In this document: piece by piece, positions 40,801 through 52,800 of the stretch
Layout: every line of letters starts with the position of its first letter
Position numbering within the stretch: position 1 is the stretch's first letter
NCBI GenBank assembly: GCA_964187785.1
Contig: OZ076409.1
Span: 74,154,001 to 74,218,000 of the forward strand
Length of the DNA stretch: 64,000 bases
Direction of reading: 5' to 3'
Source: Amphiscolops sp. MND2022
Taxonomy: Eukaryota
The notes under the pieces: model-generated
What the model was told of the DNA's origin: nothing
Databases searched by the model: none
What the model saw: only the letters and a program-made list of their open reading frames with translations
Made by a program: the position numbers and the translations under genes

Positions 40801-43800
40801 ATAGCCGCAAATTGGACGCATTTTGTCAAATTTTTTCGAAACCCCAGTCTATCTCTGCCGTTTTTTGCCCAGATTTTTTTCTAGACCCTCTCCTAAAGGC
40901 CTCCCCTGGCCGGATTACCTCCCAGCAAAACCATTTGGCCCTAAATACGAAGTTTCAGCGTTCTAGCATTCTCGGGCGAAAAGTTGTGAGACTTAGAAAA
41001 ATTTTTTTGAAAACGCAAAATGTGTAAAGTCAACTTCAGGCCTCCCAAAGTCAAGGAACTTCCACACAACTAGTATTGCAAGTGAATGCATGTGGAAAGT
41101 ACTCGGATAGACGAGAAAAATGAGCTATTATAAATCTCTGTAGCTTAACCTGACGTTGACTTATGACAATTTTAGTGTGAGCTTGCTATGTGAGAAAAAA
41201 AATCAAAATTGGAAATCGAAGCTAAGTCTCATCCAAAACTCATCGGAACACGTTCAATCCATCCCAGAGCGGTTTAATTCCAGCTATATAATGCAGCAAC
41301 ACTATTCAAGACCATTTGATCCACTTACATTAGTTTTGACACCGTATTATTCATCCGAGAGCACAAAACAGTTGAGTACATTCCATCTCCCTTTCGGGGG
41401 AGATGAGAATGTACTCGCTAAAGTCCAGGTACTACAGCCCATATTTGTTTTTATGCGACGCTTTTATGGTTTGTATGCTAGTGCGTACACGTATTAATCT
41501 TTTAACATATTTTTTGTCGTCTGCAGTTTGCTTTTGACTTGACATAAACTGAACGTTTTGTCCTTAAAACATACACATTACTAACGTCAACGCCCCATCC
41601 TTGCATCAACGCCCACCGTCCGTGGGCATGCCGAGGCATGCCCTTCGACGACGTATACCAAGATATACATAAGCGCGGTAGCCGCTAGGTGGTCGGTATT
41701 CTTTACTACCTCATGCTCTGAGGGCGGGGTAGGGCCCCTCGCCCGATCCTAATCCTTAGGATTTTAAACATAAGGCCAATAATTCAGATTTTGGCGATCT
41801 CGAAAACTAACCTTACGATTTGGCTGAAATTTTGCATGCGGCTCCCTATGACAGATATAAGAACAAATCCCCAGTGGCATTTTGCTGGGAAAATTCAGTT
41901 TTTGGGTCAAAATCACTATTTTAGGTCCAAAAAATGGCGTTTTTTCGGAAAATTTTTTTTCAAGAGCCAATATCTCGCTCCCAGGTGCTCGGAGCGGGTC
42001 GCATGTGGACGTTGATATTGCTGGGCACTTCGTAAGGAGTCCGTAGACAAATTTTGGTTCAGATCGGATGAAAATTGACTGAGTAATAGAAAACTTTGAA
42101 AGGCATTTTGTCGAAAATTTTTGAAATCCCAGTCTATCTCTGCCGTTTTTTGCCCAGATTTTTTTCCAGGACCTCTCCTAAAGGCCTCCCCTGGCCGGTT
42201 TACCTCCCAGAAAAACCATTTGGCCCTTTTGCCGCAGTTTCAGCAATCCAGGATTCCCCGGGTAAAAGTAAAATGACTTAGAATTTTTTCGAAAAATTTT
42301 CAATTTTTTTTTTCAACTTTAGGCCTCCCAAAGTCAAGAAACGTCCACACAACTAGTATTGCAAGTGGATGCATGTGGAAAGTGCTCGAATAGACGAGAA
42401 AAATGAGCTATTATAAACCTCTGTAGGTCAACCTGACGTTGACTTATGACAATTTTAGTGTGAGCTTGCTAAGTGACAAAAAATTTCAAAAATTGAAAAT
42501 CGAAGCATAGTCTCATCCAAACTCCTCGGAATACGTTCAATCCAAGCCAAAGCGGATTAAATCCAGCTATATAGTGCAGCAACACCATTCAAGTTGTTTT
42601 TGACTCCTTTTAATAAGTTTTGACACTGTCTTATTCATCCGAAAGTTCGAAACAGTCAAGTACATTCCATCTCCCTTTAGGGAGATGGTAATGTACTCAC
42701 CAAAAACCAAGTACTATTGCCCTTTTTATACCTGGAAAGGCCCTAGAAATGCAGTAGCGTGAGCTCCAGGTCGTTTGCAGTAGCCTTCACGTGTGTTGTG
42801 ACTTTGCTATAAAACTAACTATGTTACTAAAAGTGAAAAAAAATTTCTCTTCAAAAAACTATTATATTTACACGTTTTGTTGTCAAATACAATTACTAAA
42901 CAAATAGCGCCCCCTTGTCCACTGTTCAACCGTGCACGTCTAGGTGCCCGGATTTCTATTCATTAAAGTATGTTGCGCGTGTGGGTAGGGCCCCGTGGCG
43001 CGCTCTTGTGTCCCTGTTCTAAAATCTGTAATTTCCGGCAGCATTCTGAGCGATTTTCTAAACTATCCATACGATTTGGCTGAAATTTGGCACACGTACC
43101 CCCCTCGGCACGATGAAGATGATTTCCTACTGACGTTTTTCCCGCAAAATTTTTTTTGTTGTCCAAAATAACGGTTTTTGGGGTAAAATTTTGAATTTTT
43201 TTTAAATTTTATCTTATATCTCGCCACGGGTTTACGCTAGCGCTTCGAAACCCTGCTAAAGAAAGCTTGCAAACTGTCTCAGGAATGCGGTGTGAAATTT
43301 TCAGCTCAATCGGACTCAAACTCAGGGAGATATAGCGTTTTTCCGGAGCGGGGGGGTTTCATTTTTCTAACGGTCCAGCTTATCTTTGCCATTTTTTCGA
43401 AAATGCACTCGCCTAAAGGCCTCCCCTGGCCGGTTTTATTCCCAGCAAAACCATTTGGCCCTAAATACGGAGTTTCAGCGTTCCAGCAATCCCGGGCGAA
43501 AAGTTGTGGGACTTAGAAAATTTCAAAAATTTTCAAAAAATTTTTTTTCCGTTTTCCGCCCTCCCCCCCTAGGGGAAAAGACCCCCCAACCAGTAATTTG
43601 AGTGAATTCATGTGGAAAGGCCATGTTTAGAGGAGAAAAATACCGTTTAGATCGTCTTTTTATTTTGGCTCAACGTTGACTTATGACGTTTTGAAGGTGG
43701 TGTTTGGAGGTGTAAAGCACGCGAATAGTAAACGTTATGAGTATTTATCTGATCTGAAAGCCATTGAGATGAATATGGTTTGCTCAAAACGTAATTCATG

Positions 43801-46800
43801 GCAGTTTGGCAATCAATCAACACCCTTTGTTGTCGTTTGACATACTTTTTTGTTGTTATAATAAAAAATTTTGTGTATTTATTCATTTTTTTCTCATCAA
43901 ATAACTTGAAACAGTTGAGTACATTCCATCCCCCCTTCCGGGGGAGATGAGAATGTACTCGCAAAAAGCACCGAACTACGGCCCTAACCTTCCCGAGCTA
44001 CGCAGTATAAGGATTACATATTGGTTCCGACATTTTCATAGAGTTAAATCTTGGTAATCTGTCTGGATATGCAGAAAAACCAGCACGTGCTTTTTTATAC
44101 CAAGTTGCTTACAACGACAATTATTTTATATCAACGCCCCCATATTTATCAACGCCCCCCGTCCGTGGGCATGCCGAGGCATGCCCTTCGACGACGTATA
44201 CCAAGATATTCCCGAGCGCGTTAGCCTAGGTGCCGGGATTTCTATTCGATAAAGTAAGTTGCGCGGTTGGGTAGGGCCCCGTGAGCGCGCCCGTGTCTGT
44301 GTTTTTTGAACCTGAATTTGCGGGTGCCAAAATAGACGATCTCCTAAACTATCCATACGATTTGGCTCAAATTTGGCATACGGGTTCCTGAGACAGATAT
44401 AAGAACTAATTCCTACTGGCGTTTTGCCCGGAAAATTTTTTTTGTTGCGCAAACTTGAAATTTTTGACAAAAAAATGCGATTTTTTTTGAAAATTTTTTT
44501 TTGAGAGGCCATATCTTTTTTCAGGGTGCCCGGAGCGGAACGCGTTAAACTGATTATAAACTCTACGGTTCATGGGCTGTACGGGGAACCTATTTTTGTT
44601 GGAATCCGACTTGTAGATTTTGAGATATATTATCAAATTTGGGTGTTTTTTTTCCAATTTTTCGAAAAACCTGTTTTATCTCTGCCGTTTTTTGCCCAGA
44701 TTTTTTTCTAGACCCTCTCCTAAAGGCCTCCCCTGGCCGGATTACGTCCCAGCAAAACCATTTGGCCCTAAATACGAAGTTTCAGCGTTCTAGCATTCTC
44801 GGGCGAAAAGTTGTGGGACTTAGAAAATTTTTTTTTAAAACGCAAAATGTGTAAAGTCAACTTCAGGCCTCCCAAAGTCAAGGAACTTCCACACAACTAG
44901 GATTGCAAGTGGATGCATGTGGAAAGTGCTTGAATAGACGAGGAAAATGAGCTATTTTAAAACTCTGTAGCTTAACCTGACGTTGACTTATGACAATTTT
45001 AGTGTGAGCTTGCTATGTGAGAAAAAAGTTCAAAAATTGAAAATCGAAGCTAAGTCTCATCCAAAACTCATCGGAATACGTTCAATCCATTCCAAAGCGG
45101 TTTACTTCCAGCTATAGACTGCAGCAACACTATTCAAGACCATTGTACCCCTTTATATTAGTTTTGACATTGTATTATTCATCCGAGAGCACAAAGCAGT
45201 TGAGTACATTCCATCTCCCTTTCGGGGGAGATGAGAATGTACTCGCTAAAGAACAGGTACTACAGCCAATTTTTGTATTTATGCGAAGCCATTCTATGCT
45301 ATTGCACATAACAACTATGCTATTGACTTAATTTTGCCTACACTTTGCTATGACATATGCTAAACGTTTGGTCCTTACAACAACATACACATGACTAACG
45401 TCAACACCACATACTGTTACCAACGCCCACCGTCCGTGGGCATGCCGAGGCATGCCCTTCGACGACGTATGCCAAATACCTTCCAGCGACGCTCGCGCTC
45501 CCCGGCTAGGTGGCCGTGTCTTTTCGACGTGCTTTTGCATTGAGGAGTGGGTAGGGCCCCGCGACGACCTAGAAGAATTGGATGCTCACCGAAACGTGCA
45601 GAATTCTACGAGATCTCATAGTTTGAGTCATACGATTTTTCTGAAATTTGGCATGTGGCCTGGAATTGGTGAGTAGGTAAAACGTGTAAAAGGTAATTTT
45701 TCCCAAATTCCACTGTGAGAGGAGATATGGGCAAATAACGGACCCAAAAATGGGGAAAATGCACTTTTTTCAAGTTTGTCAGCCAATATCTCATTTCCAG
45801 GTGCCCGTAGCGTTCCGCACGTGGACGTCAATGTTGCTCAGCACTGTTGGAGGAGTGCGTGGACAAATTTTGGTTTAAATCGGACTTAAACTTGACGAGA
45901 AATTAACGGTTTTTTGGGCGTTTCCGGGGTAAATTTTTTAACGGTCCAGCTTATCTTTGCCATTTTTTCGAAAATGTACATGCCTAAAGGCCTCCCCCTG
46001 GCCGAATTTACTCCCAGCAAACCCATTTGGCCCTAAATACGGAGTTTCAGCGTTCCAGCATTCCGGGGCGGAAAGTTGTGGGACTTGGAAAAATTTCAAT
46101 TTTTTTTCAAAAATTTTTTTTCCCGTTTTCCGGGCCCCCAATGAAGGGGAACGACCCCCCAACCAGTATTTTGAGTGAATTCATGTGGAAAGCCCATGTT
46201 TGGAGGAGAAAAATGCCGTTTAGCACATCTTTTTATCTTAACTTGACATTGACTTATGACGTTTTGAATGTGATGTTAGGATATATGAAGCATGTTAAAA
46301 GTTGAAGTTTTGAGTCTTTATCTCATCGGAAAACCATTGAGATACAAGCAGTTTTGCTAAAAACGATTTTCATTGTAGGTTAGCAGAGTATTAGTACACT
46401 TTGATGTCATTTGAGTATTTTTTCTTCTATATAATAACTGTTTTTATGTATTTATTCCAATTTATCTCATCTTTTAACATCAAGCAGTTGAGTACATTTC
46501 ATCTCCCTTTCGGGGGAGATGAGAATGTACTCGCTAAAAACCTAATGCTATGGCGCCAATGTTTGGATGGGAAGTTTTCTATGCTTTGAAAAAAGTTATT
46601 TTTAATTACTTGATTTTTTAAAACAATAATTAACATGAAGTACATTACTTGCTCCTACTACTACCACCATACATCTCTAACGTCAACGCCCCCTGCTTGC
46701 ATCAACGCCCCATCGTCCGTGGGCATGCCGAGGCATGCCCTTCGACGACGTATGCCAAATGCCCAGTGCCACGCAGTCTTTTCCCGCTAGGTGGCCGTGT

Positions 46801-49800
46801 CTTTTCGACGTGCTTTTGCATTGAGGAGTGGGTAGGGCCCCGCGACGACCTAGAAGAATTGGATGCTCACCGAAACGTGCAGAATTCTACGAGATCTCAT
46901 AGTTTGAGCCATACGATTTTTCTGAAATTTGGCATGTGGCCTGGAATTGGTGAGTAGGTAAAACGTGTAGGAGGTAATTTTTCCCAAATTCCATTGTGAG
47001 AGGAGATATGGGCAAATAACGGACCCAAAAATGGGGAAAATGCACTTTTTTCAAGTTTGTCAGCCAAAATCTCATTTCCAGGTGCCCGTAGCGTCCCGCA
47101 CGTGGACGTCAATATTGCTCAGCGCTGTTAGAGGAGTGCGTGGACAAATTTTGGTTGAAATCGGACGAAAACGTGAGGAGAAATTAACGGTTTTCCGGGT
47201 GTTTCCGGGTTGAAATTTTTAACGGTCCAGCTTATCTTTGCCATTTTTTCGAAAATGTACTTGCCTAAAGGCCTCCCCCTGGCCGAATTTCCTCCCAGCA
47301 AACCCATTTGGCCCTAAATACGGAGTTTCAGCGTTCCAGCATTTCCGGGCGAAAAGTTGTGGGACTTAGAAAAATTTCAAAATTTTTCAAAAAATTTTTT
47401 TTCGTTTTCCGGGCCCCCAATGAAGGGGAACGACCCCCCAACCAGTATTTTGAGTGATTGCATATCGAAAGCCCTTGTTTTGACGAGAAAAATACCGTTT
47501 CGAACATCTTTTTATTTTAACTTGGCGTTGACTTATGACGTTTTGAATGTGATGTTAGGATGTGTGAGGCATGTGAAAAGTTGATGTTTTGAGTCTTTAT
47601 CTCATGTGAAAGCGATTGAGATACAAGCTGTTTCGCTCAAAACGGGTTTCATCGTAATTTCGCAGTGCATCATTGACCTTTGTTGTCTTTTGAAGAATTT
47701 TTTCTTCATATAACAACAATTTTGGTGTATTTCTTCCAATTTTTCTCATCTTCTAATTTGAAACAGTTGAGTACATTTCATCTCCCTTTCGGGGGAGATG
47801 AGAATGTACTCGCTAAAAACCTAGTGCTTTTGCGCCGCAATGTTTGCAAAAGTTGTTATTATTGCTGTTCCATCAGCATTTTCTAACTGACTTTTTTAAA
47901 ACTATCAATTAACTTGAAGTACATTACTTGAACTTACTACTAATACCATACATCTCTAACGACAACGCACCCTGCTTGCATCAACGCCCACCGTCCGTGG
48001 GCATGCCGAGGCATGCCCTTCGACGACGTATGCCAAATACCAAATGCCACGCTGTCATTCTCGCTAGGTGGCCACGACCATGGTTTCTTGCGTATCTTGT
48101 CGAATCCTTTGTCGTTGCCGGCCGGGGAGGGACCCGTTTGCCGGCGTGTGTAGTGTGGGGCCCCCATACCCAAAAAGTGGTATTTTTTTCAGAGATCTCA
48201 AAATCGGCCCATCAGAATTGCCTGAAATTTGGCATGAGGCTCCCAATTGGGGAAAAAATAAGAAGAGTAGGAGGCGACTTGTTCGGGTAAATATTGTATG
48301 TTGACTTTTGGCCAAAATAGTGTTCCCCCCCAACATGGGCAAAATCACATGAGATGTAAAAATATGATCACAACTTTTGAACCTTTGGATTTAGGGGTAC
48401 GGTCGTGGACCACATTAAGCAAGAACTTTGGTGAGCGGGTAGGATAGATGGGTTTTGATCCCAGTACCTTCAACCACTTTTGAGAAATTAACGTTTCAAA
48501 CAAACATCCGGGAGGTATGTGTTGCCCCTGAAGGCAGGTTTTTCGCCATTTTCAATGTGAAGGAGTGGGTTTAGCGCAACGTGTGTGGGGTGCTTTTTTG
48601 TTGCCCGTGTGCGGAGCGTTGTATAGAGGTGCTGGTTGTTGAAATTGGAAAAGTTGGTAAAAAGTTATACCTATACCCCCCCTACTGTCTCTGCCATTCA
48701 ATTTTTTTTTCAACTTCAGGCCTCCCAAAGGTGAGAAACTTCCACACAACTAGTATTGCAAGTGAATGCATGTGGAAAGTACTCGGATAGACGAGAAAAA
48801 TGAGCTATAGAACGACTCTGTAGCTCAACTTGACGTTGACTTATGACATTTTGAGTGTGAGCTTGCTATGTGAGAAAAAAATTCAAAATTGAAAATCGAA
48901 GCTAAGTCTCATCCAAAACTCATCGAAATACGTTCAATCCATCCCAAAGCGGATTAATTCCAGAAATATAGTGCAGCAACACTATTCAAGACCATTTGAC
49001 ACAATTTTACTAGTTTTGACATTGTATTATTCATCCGAGAGCACAAAACAGTTGGGTACATTCCATCTCCCTTTCGGGGGAGATGAGAATGTACCCGCTA
49101 AATGACACGCACCATGGCCTAATTTTTACCTTTATGCGACGTTTTCTAGGCTTTCGCGCAAGCCCACTAATATTTAGACTGGTTTCTTTCTCTTTCACTC
49201 CAAACATTCCGTCCGTACTAACCACCTTACACACCACCAGCAGCTCAACGACACATCTGTAACGTCAACGCCACATACTCGCATCAACGCCCACCGTCCG
49301 TGGGCATGCCGAGGCATGCCCTTCGACGACGTATGCCCGTTGTCACAACAGGGCGCCCCTACATTCTCTAGGTGGCCACGACCATGGTTTCTTGCGTATC
49401 TTGTCGAATCCTTTGTCGTTGCCGGCCGGGGAGGGACCCGTTTGCCGGCGTGTGTAGTGTGGGGCCCCCATACCCAAAAAGTGGTATTTTTTTCAGAGAT
49501 CTCAAAATCGGCCCATCAGAATTGCCTGAAATTTGGCATGAGGCTCCCAATTGGGGAAAAAATAAGAAGTGTAGGAGGCGACTTGTTCGGGTAAATATTG
49601 TATGTTGACTTTTGGCCAAAATAGTGTTCCCCCCCAACATGGGCAAAATCACATGAGGTGTAAAAATATGATCACAACTTTTGAACCTTTGGATTTAGGG
49701 GTACGGTCGTGGACCACATTAAGCAAGAGCTTTGGTGAGCGGGTAGGATAGATGGGTTTTGATCCCAGTACCTTCAACCACTTTTGAGAAATTAACGTTT

Positions 49801-52800
49801 CAAACAAACATCCGGGAGGTATCTGTTGCCCCTGAAGGCAGGTTTTTCGCCATTTTCAATGTGAAGGAGTGGGTTTAGCGCAACGTGTGTGGGGTGCTTT
49901 TTTGTTGCCCGTGTGCGGAGCGTTGTATAGAGGTGCTGGTTGTTGAAATTGGAAAAGTTGGTAAAAAGTTATACCTATACCCCCCCTACTGTCTCTGCCA
50001 TTCAATTTTTTTTTCAACTTCAGGCCTCCCAAAGGTGAGAAACTTCCACACAACTAGTATTGCAAGTGAATGCATGTGGAAAGTACTCGGATAGACGAGA
50101 AAAATGAGCTATAGAATGACTCTGTAGCTTAACTTGACGTTGACTTATGACATTTTGAGTGTGAGCTTGCTATGTGAGAGAAAAATTCAAAATTGAAAAT
50201 CGAAGCTAAGTCTCATCCAAAACTCATCGAAATACGTTCAATCCATCCCAAAGCGGATTAATTCCAGATATATAGTGCAGCAACACTATTCAAGACCATT
50301 TGACACAATTTTACTAGTTTTGACATTGTATTATTCATCCGAGAGCACAAAACAGTTGGGTACATTCCATCTCCCTTTCGGGGGAGATGAGAATGTACCC
50401 GCTAAATGACACGCACCATGGCCTAATTTTTACCTTTATGCGACGTTTTCTAGGCCTTCGCGCAAGCCCACTAATATTTAGACTGGTTTCTTTCTCTTTC
50501 ACTCCAAACATTCCGTCCGTACTAACCACCTTACACACCACCAGCAGCTCAACGACACATCTGTAACGTCAACGCCACATACTCGCATCAACGCCCACCG
50601 TCCGTGGGCATGCCGAGGCATGCCCTTCGACGACGTATGCCCGTTGTCACAACAGGGCGCCCCCATTCCCGCTAGGTGGCCGTGTCTTTTCGACGTGCTT
50701 TTGCATTGAGGAGTGGGTAGGGCCCCGCGACGACCTAGAAGAATTGGATGCTCACCGAAACGTGCAGAATTCTACGAGATCTCATAGTTTGAGCCATACG
50801 ATTTTTCTGAAATTTGGCATGTGGCCTGGAATTGGTGAGTAGGTAAAACGTGTAGAAGGTAATTTTTCCCAAATTCCACTGTGAGAGGAGATATGGGCAA
50901 ATAACGGTCCCAAAAATGGCAAAAATGCACTTTTTTCAACTTTGTCAGCCCATATCTCGTTCCCAGGTGCCCGGAGCGGGACGCGTTAAGCTGATTATAA
51001 ACTCTAGGGTGTTGAGGCTGTACGGGGAAGTCAGGCCCGTTCCGATCGGACTTGTAGTCTTGGAGAAATAACGGTATTTTTGGGGAACCTTTTCTAACGG
51101 TCCAGCTTATCTTTGCCATTTTTTCGAAAATGTACTCGCCTAAAGGCCTCCCCCTGGCCGAATTTACTCCCAGCAAAACCATTTGGCCCTAAATACGGAG
51201 TTTCAGCGTTCCAGCATTCCCGGGCGAAAAGTTGTGGGACTTGGAAAATTTTCAAAAATTTTCAAAAATTTTTTTTTCGTTTTCCGGGCCCCCAATGAAG
51301 GGGAAACGACCCCCCAACCAGTATTTTGAGTGAATTCATGTGGAAAGCCCTTGTTTTGACGAGAAAAATACCGTTTAGAACATCTTTTTATCTTGACTCA
51401 ACGTTGACTTATGACGTTTTGAATGTGATGTAAGGATGTAGGAGGCATGTGATAAGTTGATGTTTTGAGTCTTTATCTCATATGAAAGCGGTTGAGATGC
51501 AAGCTGTCCTGCTCAAAACGTCTTTCGTTGTAATTTTCCAGTGCACCAATACCCTTTGGTGTCATATAAACATACTTTTTGTCGATATATTAACAATTTT
51601 AATGTATTTATTCCAATTTTTATTATCTTATAACTCAAAACAGTTGAGTACATTTCATCTCCCTTTCGGGGGAGATGAGAATGTACTCGCTAAAGACCTA
51701 GCGCCATGACCAAAAGTTTGAAACCCACGTTTTTTATCTTCTTACAGACTTGTTTTTGTATTTTTTCGGAATTTTTTAAAAATTAATATACTTGAAATAC
51801 ATTACTTGACTTTACTACTACAATCCACCTCCAACGTCAACGCCCCCCTGCTTGCATCAACGCCCGCCGTCCGTAGGCATGCCGAGGCATGCCTTTCGAC
51901 GACGTATGCCAAATACCCAATGCCACGCTGTCATTATCGCTAGGTGGCCGTGTCTTTTCGACGTGCTTTTGCATTGAGGAGTGGGTAGGGCCCCGCGACG
52001 ACCTAGAAGAATTGGATGCTCACCGAAACGTGCAGAATTCTACGAGATCTCATAGTTTGAGCCATACGATTTTTCTGAAATTTGGCATGTGGCCTGGAAT
52101 TGGTGAGTAGGTAAAACGTGTAGAAGGTAATTTTTCCCAAATTCCACTGTGAGAGGAGATATGGGCAAATAACGGACCCAAAAATGGCAAAAATGCACAT
52201 TTTTCAACTTTGTCAGCCAATATCTCTTTTCCAGGTGCCCGTAGCGTTCCGCACGTGGACATCAATATTGCTCAGCGCTGTTGGAGGAGTGCGTGGACAA
52301 ATTTTGGTTTAAATCGGACTAAAACTTGACGAGAAATTAACGGTTTTTTGGGCGTTTCCGGGGTAAATTTTTTAACGGTCCAGCTTATCTTTGCCATTTT
52401 TTCGAAAATGTACATGCCTAAAGGCCTCCCCCTGGCCGAATTTACTCCCAGCAAACCCATTTGGCCCTAAATACGGAGTTTCAGCGTTCCAGCATTCCGG
52501 GGCGGAAAGTTGTGGGACTTGGAAAAATTTCAAAATTTTTTCAAAAATTTTTTTTCCCGTTTTCCGGGCCCCCAATGAAGGGGAACGACCCCCCAACCAG
52601 TATTTTGAGTGAATTCATGTGGAAAGCCCATGTTTGGAGGAGAAAAATGCCGTTTAGCACATCTTTTTATCTTAACTTGACATTGACTTATGACGTTTTG
52701 AATGTGATGTTAGGATATATGAAGCATGTTAAAAGTTGAAGTTTTGAGTCTTTATCTCATCGGAAAACCATTGAGATACAAGCAGTTTTGCTAAAAACGA

